A DNA stretch of 64,000 nt from a virus, in IMG/VR virus record IMGVR_UViG_3300048837_000485, positions 2,511 through 66,510 of that record. One strand, written 5' to 3'. Shown here piece by piece: positions 9,725 to 18,496 of the stretch. Made by a program: the position numbers and the translations under genes. The notes beneath the pieces were generated by a model that had not been told where the DNA came from, searched no databases, and saw only the letters and a program-made list of their open reading frames with translations. Each line of letters opens with the position of its first letter. Position 1 is the stretch's first letter.

Positions 9725-12700
9725 ATGCCATTAGAGCAGCTCACATACCTAGGTGCATCAATAACAGCAGTCAATTCAAATATTGGATGGGGAACTTCTC
9801 CGTCTACAATACAGGTTGACGTAGTTGAAGATCCTGCTAATGGTGATAACTTTTTTAATCCTGGAGTTGGGGTTGTTACCTATTTTGAATATGGTGCTAT
9901 TCAAATGGGTGGTATTATAACTTCTATTCAAACCAATAATAACAATGGTGGTAATCCAACTTACTCCGTTACTATTGAAGATCCTAGATCTATTCTTGAA
10001 GGTGTTCAATTAATTATTAATGGGTATACTGGTTTTACATATGGTGTACCAAACCTATACAATATTTATGGCTATCTAGAAAGTCTTGGTTTCGGTCGTG
10101 CTGGCGTAAATAATTCTGGTATTCAATGGAAAAATATTCGAGATGGATTTTTGTTTTTACAAAATACTACACCTATTAAATTTGGAACTACTAATAATTT
10201 ATATTTAGATTTATCACAGCTACCAGTATTACCAGATTATTATCGCATTAGTGGTGATGTAATTACTTTGATGGATTTTATTGTAGAAATTTGTGACGCT
10301 TCTTCTCATGATTTCTTTTTCAATTTAGAACAAGTTAGTAATAATCATGTTATTAAATTATATACGATAAACAGATCAGCCCAGCCTACCCTTGGAAATA
10401 TTAGTGCGTTTATAGCATTACAAGATGAAGTAGTATCAAGTAATACTGGAATTGAATTAAGAAATGAAGTAAGCTCTAAATTTTTAATTGGTGGAAACAA
10501 AGCCCAAATATATTTTCAATGGCCAAATCTTGGTGATGCTAGTACTTATACTGATGATACTATCTGGCCATATTGGGGAGTTGAAAACAGTGGGGATGTT
10601 ATCATTGGTGAAAATGGGCCAATGTTTAACAATCATAAGTTTACTCTTGGTAGTAAAGGTGTAGATGTTATTGGAGTTGGTGATACATATGATACCGATA
10701 TTTTTGAAATGAGGGCGGCTATATCTAGCCAAGAATCTTGGGAGTTATTATTATCATCTTATAATGAAGATATAAATAGTCCCCATTATCATAAGGCTAC
10801 TAGAATAGGAATGATTCATGACGTTAAAGACTTAAGTTCTTTTTTAGCTGGAAAAACGATAGAGAAGATAGAAGGCTTAATACCTTTAGATTTTACACAT
10901 CTTACTGGTAAAGTTATGACATCGGCAACAGATTCTTCTGTAGAAAGTATCCACGAAGAAAATCAGGCCGCACTTTATTCCTACGTTAATAACTTTGCTA
11001 ATGAATACTATGGTAAGAAATACCAAGTCAGAATCCCGTTTGTTGCTGCAAAATTAGATGATGATACTGGAGAAATAGTTACTAGTTTGGAACCAACCGA
11101 TGGTGGATATTTAGATTCTATATATTGGAGCGGTGCCGTTGGTAATAATCTTTTGCCAAATAATCCTTACGAAGTATCTTTAGAAGATGGAAGAATTCAC
11201 GCTTATGCTAAATTTGATAAGTTTGTTGATTATCCGCATCCAGACTCAGGAAGGGTTACATTAGATCTTTCAGACTTAAGTGCTGACGATTATGTTGTAA
11301 GACTAGATACTAATTCTGTTTTTGTTAAATGCACAGTTCAGCCGCAATTACAGTTTTTAGATAAGCAACTTGCATATTCACCAAGAGCGGTTATTGAATT
11401 ACCGGGAAGAGTAACAAAAAAAGATAAAACAAAAGATACTGCTAGATTTGACGGAATGTTTACAAGTAGATTTGAAGAAGTATTAAAAGGCGAAAAGGGG
11501 TTTAGTGATGCTGATGCTACAGAAGTAACTAAAAAAGTTATGGCTAGATTTGGTGCGGAAGCACTAAAGGCCGGATTAGCAGGAATGGCAATTATGCCAG
11601 ATATGGTTGCTATACCATTAAAAAGTAATATAGATTTCTATGGCCCTTGGTATTCAATTGGAGTTAATGGTAAAACAGATTTTGAAAGAGATGAGTCATT
11701 AGTACCTTGGAATTACGGTGGATTTGATTTAATGAATCTCACCGCAAATGCTAGAGTTTCTTCTGCTTTAAGTCAGATGCAAGTTGGAGAAGGTGGATCA
11801 TTTACTATTCCAGGTGTTCCTATAATAAACATGGGGGCACAACTCGTTGCTGGTGGTCCTAATATTACAGATATAAGTGTTAATATATCAACAGGTGGTA
11901 TTACAACAACTTATAAGATGCAAACATGGACTCCTAGATTAGGAAAAATACCAAAGCAATTTTCAGAAAGATTACAAAAGCTTAAACTTAATAGTGCAAA
12001 AATGGATAAGAATTTTAAAGCTACTAAAAGTGCAGATTCTTATGCAACTAGAGAACATCATTTTAATCTAAAAAGAACAAAAAGAGAATTCTTTAAAGGT
12101 AGACCAAGAAGAAAATCTAATTCTAGCACTCATCAATATCTAACTGGTGAAGTAATTTTTGATGGTAGTGGCTTTACTAGAACTAACGTAGTAACTTCTC
12201 CTGTATATCAAATATCTTCTAGTTTAGGTAGTGGATATGAAGAAAAAGCAGTAGTTAGTTTAGATTCTATCTTTACTCCTTTTACTATGAATCCGGATTC
12301 AGTAAGCGGCCTTCCTCATATTGAATTATATGAAGGATCAGAGGTTATTAATGGTAGTAGTTTAAATCCATTTTATAATAATAATTTTGGGATGGTTACT
12401 AGGGATTATCCTGATAGTGATGTAGATTTGACTGATGGTAGTGGTGATTATAAAGGTATTGGATTAAGGGGTCCATTATGGGTTACTGGTCCAGGATATG
12501 ATACAAATGGAGAACCCGTTCCTGGTGATGGTAGTGGAAACTTTATCGAAGACTATCAAAGAAAGATTGATCTACATAAAACTGGGCCAGTCTATTTACC
12601 CTGGGATGATGATAGAAAAATGTGGATCGGTGGCGGTTCTAGTATCCAATTAGGTATTATGAATCAAAATCTTTTATATAGAAATTCTGGACTAATGAGT

Positions 12701-12868
12701 GTTTGGTCATATAATCCAGCGTCTGGAACAGAAATAGAGTCGTCTAGAGATATAATGGTTCATGATTGGTTTTTACCAACCGGTGGTGTTATATGGTCCG
12801 GTAGAAGAGTTGGTGTTACACAGATATCTGGACGGAATTATGTTATTGCAGCAGAGCCTAATTGTTAG
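9725..12868 (+). CDS. Putative baseplate hub / tail protein
   Basis: 1047 aa; position and hub-like terminal segments (YSVTIEDPR; ITDISVNISTGGITTTY). Confidence 0.55.
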   Translation: MPLEQLTYLGASITAVNSNIGWGTSPSTIQVDVVEDPANGDNFFNPGVGVVTYFEYGAIQMGGIITSIQTNNNNGGNPTYSVTIEDPRSILEGVQLIINGYTGFTYGVPNLYNIYGYLESLGFGRAGVNNSGIQWKNIRDGFLFLQNTTPIKFGTTNNLYLDLSQLPVLPDYYRISGDVITLMDFIVEICDASSHDFFFNLEQVSNNHVIKLYTINRSAQPTLGNISAFIALQDEVVSSNTGIELRNEVSSKFLIGGNKAQIYFQWPNLGDASTYTDDTIWPYWGVENSGDVIIGENGPMFNNHKFTLGSKGVDVIGVGDTYDTDIFEMRAAISSQESWELLLSSYNEDINSPHYHKATRIGMIHDVKDLSSFLAGKTIEKIEGLIPLDFTHLTGKVMTSATDSSVESIHEENQAALYSYVNNFANEYYGKKYQVRIPFVAAKLDDDTGEIVTSLEPTDGGYLDSIYWSGAVGNNLLPNNPYEVSLEDGRIHAYAKFDKFVDYPHPDSGRVTLDLSDLSADDYVVRLDTNSVFVKCTVQPQLQFLDKQLAYSPRAVIELPGRVTKKDKTKDTARFDGMFTSRFEEVLKGEKGFSDADATEVTKKVMARFGAEALKAGLAGMAIMPDMVAIPLKSNIDFYGPWYSIGVNGKTDFERDESLVPWNYGGFDLMNLTANARVSSALSQMQVGEGGSFTIPGVPIINMGAQLVAGGPNITDISVNISTGGITTTYKMQTWTPRLGKIPKQFSERLQKLKLNSAKMDKNFKATKSADSYATREHHFNLKRTKREFFKGRPRRKSNSSTHQYLTGEVIFDGSGFTRTNVVTSPVYQISSSLGSGYEEKAVVSLDSIFTPFTMNPDSVSGLPHIELYEGSEVINGSSLNPFYNNNFGMVTRDYPDSDVDLTDGSGDYKGIGLRGPLWVTGPGYDTNGEPVPGDGSGNFIEDYQRKIDLHKTGPVYLPWDDDRKMWIGGGSSIQLGIMNQNLLYRNSGLMSVWSYNPASGTEIESSRDIMVHDWFLPTGGVIWSGRRVGVTQISGRNYVIAAEPNC

Positions 12869-12935
12869 ACCGCAGACAGATAATGGAATTTTTATATGTG
12901 TGTTTTATACAGAATGAGGAAATAAGTAGAAGAAT

Positions 12936-15383
12936 ATGTTTAGATTTAACAACTGGACACCAAATACTTGTAATGATCTACCAGATTGTGGTCAGGGGTG
13001 TCACGATTTAAATGTATGTAGTGATAATTCTACTTATGTAGATAAGTCTGGAATTACTAGATATATTTTTGCTACATATGATTCTGATTGGAATTTAACA
13101 TGTATGAGCAGAATATCTTGCGATCAGGAAGTGTATGATAAACCTCCAAAGTACCATAGACATTATGCTCCATGTTGCTGGACCGTTTCTGTAGTTGGTG
13201 GATCTGGTATTGGAACATGTGGACAATCTTGTGAAAAAAATTATTCTTATACTACTAGACCATCCTATCTAGTTGATGTTAGTGATGATAATACTTATGC
13301 AGATGTATATATTAAGCATAATTTTTACGGATATGGAACTGGACGGTGCAATACACCTCTTGATTTAGATTATGATTTCTATTCTGATTCTGGTATCATA
13401 GGAAGGATTACTGATTTAGACTGTGGATTAAGCGGGAGTGGATTATCTTGTGTATTAAATAATTTTATACCAAAGTCTTCTGTTCCATTATTATGTAATT
13501 ATGACGATATCCAAGTTATTTACTCTGGATCATATACAAGAGAAGAATGTGCTACAGATTTATTTTTAAATATCTCTACTGATTTAGATTGGACGCCATG
13601 TTTAGATATTAGTACAATAATAGAAAGTGGATATCCAGGATGCTATACACAAAACGGGGATTTCATACAACTTGGAGATCCTTACGGTAATAGTTATACA
13701 GTTAGTTTATATGAAGCTATTAATTTTACATTAGATAATTTTATAGTATCTGGCGTTACTGGATTAGATGATAATATCCCACTTGCTTCAGCCTTAAAAT
13801 CAACATGTAATGAATGTAACTCTTTGAATAGAACTTGGTATGCCGGAGAATGGGATAATAAAATTCCATATAATCCAAAAGCGATATGCTGTAACTGTCC
13901 CGAAACAGATATGTGTCTGAATAGATGGTCTATAGATTTAGCTCAACCATCAGCTATTATTACACTTAGCTCATATGCACATGGGGCAACTGCCAAGTGG
14001 TTATGTAGTTTTCCAGACTCTGGGTGTGTTATTAATTCTAGCGGAGGAATGTGGAATTTTGAATATTTATGGCAAGCTGAACCTACTTCTGGAGATCTTC
14101 CTATTGATTCTGGCTTCTGGAATAGGTGTGACTTTACAGACTCTAATATAGAATTAAATTATACTGGAAACTTTACTCCTACTCCAGGTAATAGTGGAAC
14201 CGATTGTAAAGAACAAATTATTGAGCAACCTAATGGTTATTGTCATATATGTGCAGACAGAAATGGTCCAGACGAGTTTTTAGTTACTGTCGATCTAAAT
14301 TTTAAAAAGAGACCAGTTTATGCTGGTGTAAATGTATATCCCGGACCAAGGGTTTCTTGTGATCCACCAATATACACTAGTAAAACATGTGAAAATCCAG
14401 TTGAAGAATGGTGCGAGGGAGTTTCTTATATTGGTGATATGTATAATGGATGCATAGACAACCCTTTTAAATTATATAATTTTAATTTTATACAAGATTC
14501 TAGCTTTGATGATTGTTTTTGTGTTACACCAGCTGGTAGATTACACTGTTATCCTTATTTTGATACAACAACATTAATTAATTATACAGATAACGTATGT
14601 TGTAAACCATTTTGTGTAGCTGAGGTTATTTCTATAAACGACTGTCAGTGTGGACCTGAAATAATTAACGGCAGTTGGATTGTTCAAAAATCACGCGGAT
14701 CTTGCACTAATGATACTACTATTAGGGAGGAGGGAGGACAGTGTCCGTGTACACCATGCTCTAGTGGAATACGTCCAATAAATTCATGTACGTGGTCTGT
14801 TCCTGTAGATAACGATTGTTTATTTTCTCCCGCTAGAACATTTTCTTATCCTTACAGTGGACAGTGTCCATGTGGTCTTGGATCATGTGATGCAGCTGGA
14901 AATTGTGAATATAGTCAAATGTCTAATGAGTGTACAGGGTGTGATGGATTTAACTATACGTATTGTTCAGGCGATTCGATACCTAGGTTGTATGAACAAG
15001 GAACCAGAGAAAATTTCTATCCACCTTGGTTTATGGGCTCAGATTGTAAGTGTTGTTATAATGGTCCACAAGTTGTTTTATCAACAGAGACGGTTTCTGG
15101 AATATTAAAATTAAGATTATCCGTTATTATTCCTGGTTTAGAGTTGGTAGAATCTTGCGGAGCTAGTGCTTCTGTTTTATTAGATGCTGGTACTGATATT
15201 ATTAATGGGTATGATTGTAATGGGGACCCCCTTTTTGAAACATTAGTAGACTGTAGTAAACCAATAAATCACACATTTACAATACCATCTATAGCAATAT
15301 ATTCTGAAGACCCCTATAATTCTGGAGTTTTTTATACCACATCATGTTATGACGGAGGAACTGTTACAGTAGAATCATTATGA
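12936..15383 (+). CDS. Cysteine-rich putative tail fibre / receptor-binding protein
   Basis: 815 aa with dozens of Cys (CC, CxC, CxxC) in the tail module; function inferred from position. Confidence 0.5.
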   Translation: MFRFNNWTPNTCNDLPDCGQGCHDLNVCSDNSTYVDKSGITRYIFATYDSDWNLTCMSRISCDQEVYDKPPKYHRHYAPCCWTVSVVGGSGIGTCGQSCEKNYSYTTRPSYLVDVSDDNTYADVYIKHNFYGYGTGRCNTPLDLDYDFYSDSGIIGRITDLDCGLSGSGLSCVLNNFIPKSSVPLLCNYDDIQVIYSGSYTREECATDLFLNISTDLDWTPCLDISTIIESGYPGCYTQNGDFIQLGDPYGNSYTVSLYEAINFTLDNFIVSGVTGLDDNIPLASALKSTCNECNSLNRTWYAGEWDNKIPYNPKAICCNCPETDMCLNRWSIDLAQPSAIITLSSYAHGATAKWLCSFPDSGCVINSSGGMWNFEYLWQAEPTSGDLPIDSGFWNRCDFTDSNIELNYTGNFTPTPGNSGTDCKEQIIEQPNGYCHICADRNGPDEFLVTVDLNFKKRPVYAGVNVYPGPRVSCDPPIYTSKTCENPVEEWCEGVSYIGDMYNGCIDNPFKLYNFNFIQDSSFDDCFCVTPAGRLHCYPYFDTTTLINYTDNVCCKPFCVAEVISINDCQCGPEIINGSWIVQKSRGSCTNDTTIREEGGQCPCTPCSSGIRPINSCTWSVPVDNDCLFSPARTFSYPYSGQCPCGLGSCDAAGNCEYSQMSNECTGCDGFNYTYCSGDSIPRLYEQGTRENFYPPWFMGSDCKCCYNGPQVVLSTETVSGILKLRLSVIIPGLELVESCGASASVLLDAGTDIINGYDCNGDPLFETLVDCSKPINHTFTIPSIAIYSEDPYNSGVFYTTSCYDGGTVTVESL

Positions 15384-15787
15384 AATGTATTTTCAAAAAA
15401 ATAGATAATACCTCAAAACCGTGGGAATGTATTAATTGTAAATATAGATGCAAAGTGAATGCTAAAAGATCTTGTCCAATAGAACAGGAGACTATAGTAA
15501 CAAAAACAATGGGACCATCCTTCCTACAAAAAGCCATTAACTTCTCATCAGCAGTGGTACATGACGTTGCAACTGGAATGCAAAGATGCACTGAAGAAGA
15601 AATGGATGAACGTATTGAGATTTGCAAAGGAAGTGAAGATAAGGGTATTCCCAAGTGTGAATTCTATATTGACAGGGGCGATGGAAGTGGGGACTGTAGT
15701 GCGTGTGGCTGTAGATTATCGTCAAAGCGTATTTATTTAAATAAGATAGCCTGGAAAAATGAGACTTGCCCTAAAAATAAGTGGTGA
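15380..15787 (+). CDS. Small Cys-rich protein (DUF6171-like C-terminus)
   Basis: RIEICKG..C..CSACGC.L..K..W..ETCP..KW pattern; ATGA overlap with upstream gene. Confidence 0.55.
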   Translation: MKCIFKKIDNTSKPWECINCKYRCKVNAKRSCPIEQETIVTKTMGPSFLQKAINFSSAVVHDVATGMQRCTEEEMDERIEICKGSEDKGIPKCEFYIDRGDGSGDCSACGCRLSSKRIYLNKIAWKNETCPKNKW

Positions 15788-15792
15788 AATAA

Positions 15793-16782
15793 ATGTTTAT
15801 AATAGATAAAAATAATACATATAAACTTGACGTTTCTGGTATATATTATATACTTAATACTATCAAAGATAAGTGGTATATAGGATCTAGTTTTAATATT
15901 AATCAAAGATTATCCAAACATTTTAGTGTATTAAAGGGTAATCGTCACAAAAATCCAGATTTACAAAAAGATTTTATATCTGATTATCAAAATATGGTAT
16001 GCGGAGTACTATATACATGTGACACCAAAGATTTATTACATTATGAATATGAGTTTATAAATAAGTATGATAATTTATATAATATAATTAACAAGTATAG
16101 GGAAATTGATATTAACGATATTGATCAAAAATATTTATACTCTAAATGCACAAAAGACGGTATTTTCGGATGCTGGAACCTAATTTCTAGAAGTAAAAAG
16201 GGTTATGGACAATGTAGTATCAATAATAAAAAATATTTGGCACATAGACTATCGTATTTTCTGAATCATCCATATGATAACCAACAACAATTAATTTGTC
16301 ATTCTTGCAATAATAAAAGATGTATTAATCCAAACCATTTATATGCTGGATCTTTTCAAGAAAATGCAAAAGATAATTCAGAAACCAATTTAAATTTTAT
16401 TTACCATAACTTGATTAGAAATATTACCTATAGTAATAATATGATTACCAGAAGGGAAATTTTATATTTAGTTAATGATTATTATGATACATCTATGAGT
16501 TACGATTCATTTGATAATATAATTAACAATAAAGTGTCTCCTAATGAGGACTGGAAGTGTCCATATATTTTGAGAGATACAGAAAAACTAAGTAATATAA
16601 ATTGGGATATTGTACATTATATTAGATGTCAAACTGGAAAAATTAATGAAATTTTACAAAACGTTATGAAAAAATATAATATTACAACTACCGAGAGTAC
16701 TATACGTAGAATTATTAAGAATAAAAGGTGGTACGATCCTAATTATATAATTCAACGGCAAATGGCCAAACTTATTAGATAA
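15793..16782 (+). CDS. Homing endonuclease-like protein with GIY-YIG and HNH domains
   Basis: SGIYYI..WYIGSS..RL..H (GIY-YIG) and AHRLSY..ICHSCNNKRCINPNHL..N (HNH). Confidence 0.8.
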   Translation: MFIIDKNNTYKLDVSGIYYILNTIKDKWYIGSSFNINQRLSKHFSVLKGNRHKNPDLQKDFISDYQNMVCGVLYTCDTKDLLHYEYEFINKYDNLYNIINKYREIDINDIDQKYLYSKCTKDGIFGCWNLISRSKKGYGQCSINNKKYLAHRLSYFLNHPYDNQQQLICHSCNNKRCINPNHLYAGSFQENAKDNSETNLNFIYHNLIRNITYSNNMITRREILYLVNDYYDTSMSYDSFDNIINNKVSPNEDWKCPYILRDTEKLSNINWDIVHYIRCQTGKINEILQNVMKKYNITTTESTIRRIIKNKRWYDPNYIIQRQMAKLIR

Positions 16783-17015
16783 ACCAGAAGAAAAACAGGC
16801 AGAAGAATAGTACATAGATAGTGACAACGTTCCTCTAACTGAGGACAAACAATAAAAATGATTATTTGGCTAGAAAAACGTTTATGACGTTCCTAATACT
16901 GAGAAAAACAATTACGGCCTCTACTGGGGGGGGGTATAGTAATAAAACACCTTATTGGCCCCCAAAGAAAAATGGCCAGATTTAACCGAGAACACCAAAG
17001 ATAAAATCAATTAAC

Positions 17016-17023
17016 TGTATAAT
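17016..17023 (+). promoter_or_regulatory. TGTATAAT putative phage promoter
   Basis: Octamer recurring upstream of genes in gene orientation; ~40 bp before ATG 17063. Confidence 0.55.
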
Positions 17024-17062
17024 CTTATAGTATTTGGATATTTTTTATTTGAGGAATTTAAT

Positions 17063-17755
17063 ATGGCAACACGAAAAACAACTGGAAATATTATGGCAGA
17101 AAAATATGAGTTCCAATATGACGAAAGATTAAGTACTTTAGAAGCGGATGTAAAACATGTAAACCAATCCGTTGACTCCCTGGCTAGATCAGTGGGTAAT
17201 TTAGTTACCGAAATAAGATCAGAATTAAAAGAAATTAGGGAGGGAGGTAAAATTACATGGCCTTTGATTATGTCAGCTATTGGTACTATTGTTTCAGTAA
17301 CAGCAATTCTTGGAGCTTTGTTTTGGCAAAGTATGCAACCTATGTATCTTATTATGGAACATGCGGAAGTCAATAGTGCCTTAGCAAGAGAAGTTATAAA
17401 AAAAGAAGCTGATTTAGAAAAAGAAATAGTAAGAACTAAATTTGATCTAAACCAAAGACAAATTGATTCTGACATACTTTATTTACAAAGTCATTTAGAG
17501 AAGCTTGTGAATGAATATGATTCTCATAAAATTAAAAACATAGAAAAAGATACTTCTCAGGATGAGAGAATAGCTTTTATACAAAAAGAACTAGATGAAC
17601 ATTTAAATACCGGAGGACATTCTTCGGTTATATTAGAAATATCTGAATTAAGGTCAAAAATAGCATCAATTGAAGCTAATAGATTTACTTCTGAGAAAGG
17701 TTCAGAGATTGAGGGAAAGGTTGAAATATTGATGAATGATAGGAAAATTGAATAA
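17063..17755 (+). CDS. Membrane-anchored coiled-coil protein
   Basis: One hydrophobic helix (WPLIMSAIGTIVSVTAILGALFW) flanked by heptad-rich segments. Confidence 0.6.
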   Translation: MATRKTTGNIMAEKYEFQYDERLSTLEADVKHVNQSVDSLARSVGNLVTEIRSELKEIREGGKITWPLIMSAIGTIVSVTAILGALFWQSMQPMYLIMEHAEVNSALAREVIKKEADLEKEIVRTKFDLNQRQIDSDILYLQSHLEKLVNEYDSHKIKNIEKDTSQDERIAFIQKELDEHLNTGGHSSVILEISELRSKIASIEANRFTSEKGSEIEGKVEILMNDRKIE

Positions 17756-17758
17756 ATC

Positions 17759-17766
17759 TGTATAAT
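17759..17766 (+). promoter_or_regulatory. TGTATAAT putative phage promoter
   Basis: Recurring octamer in the intergenic gap before 17852. Confidence 0.55.
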
Positions 17767-17851
17767 ATATTGAGATGATGAGTGTAGGTTGTCTAGAGTG
17801 TCATCATGCGGTTTCACATATAATTTAAAATGAAAAATAAGGTAATTTAAT

Positions 17852-18472
17852 ATGGCATCAATCAGTTTTTATTCGGGAGAAGATTTTGCAATATCCAACC
17901 TGTCTTCGTCAGGTTTAGGATTTTTTGGGGCTGGGGGGTTTGGGAAGTCTGTAGAAGTTGGGGCATTTAATGACAGTACTTTTATTACAGATGGTAATGG
18001 TACAATACAAGGACCACAGTGCGACAACATTAAAAGAGTACATCCGAACTCTGGCGTTGTAAATGGTGCAGGCCCTTATGATTTAACACATATTCCGAAT
18101 TATCTAGCAACATTAAATATTAGATTTGAACACTCTTCCGCTGTAAAAACACAAAACGGAGAGGTTAGAATTTATGATAGATCAAATATAAATAATGCTG
18201 CAAGCGGAGTTTCTACTTATGCGGCAGAAATAATTCATGGAAATACCTCAATAGCCGCAGGAGGAAGCGGAGATATTACTTGGGTGGGTCCATTATTTGG
18301 ATCTGGTTCTATATTAGATTTGGTTGATAGTCCTGGAACAAGCGGAGATAGTCCAAATGGGTCTAGCACTACAGACACTCGTCATGATCATTATATAGCC
18401 ATTTCTGCAAGCCCTGATAGTGTTGGGAGCAAAAATCTTTACTCTTTGTACGCGAGTTTTGAATACATTTGA
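17852..18472 (+). CDS. Putative virion structural protein
   Basis: Ser/Gly/Asn-rich beta-type sequence, last gene of the + module. Confidence 0.5.
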   Translation: MASISFYSGEDFAISNLSSSGLGFFGAGGFGKSVEVGAFNDSTFITDGNGTIQGPQCDNIKRVHPNSGVVNGAGPYDLTHIPNYLATLNIRFEHSSAVKTQNGEVRIYDRSNINNAASGVSTYAAEIIHGNTSIAAGGSGDITWVGPLFGSGSILDLVDSPGTSGDSPNGSSTTDTRHDHYIAISASPDSVGSKNLYSLYASFEYI

Positions 18473-18496
18473 GTCCTTTTGTACCAACAGTTTACA

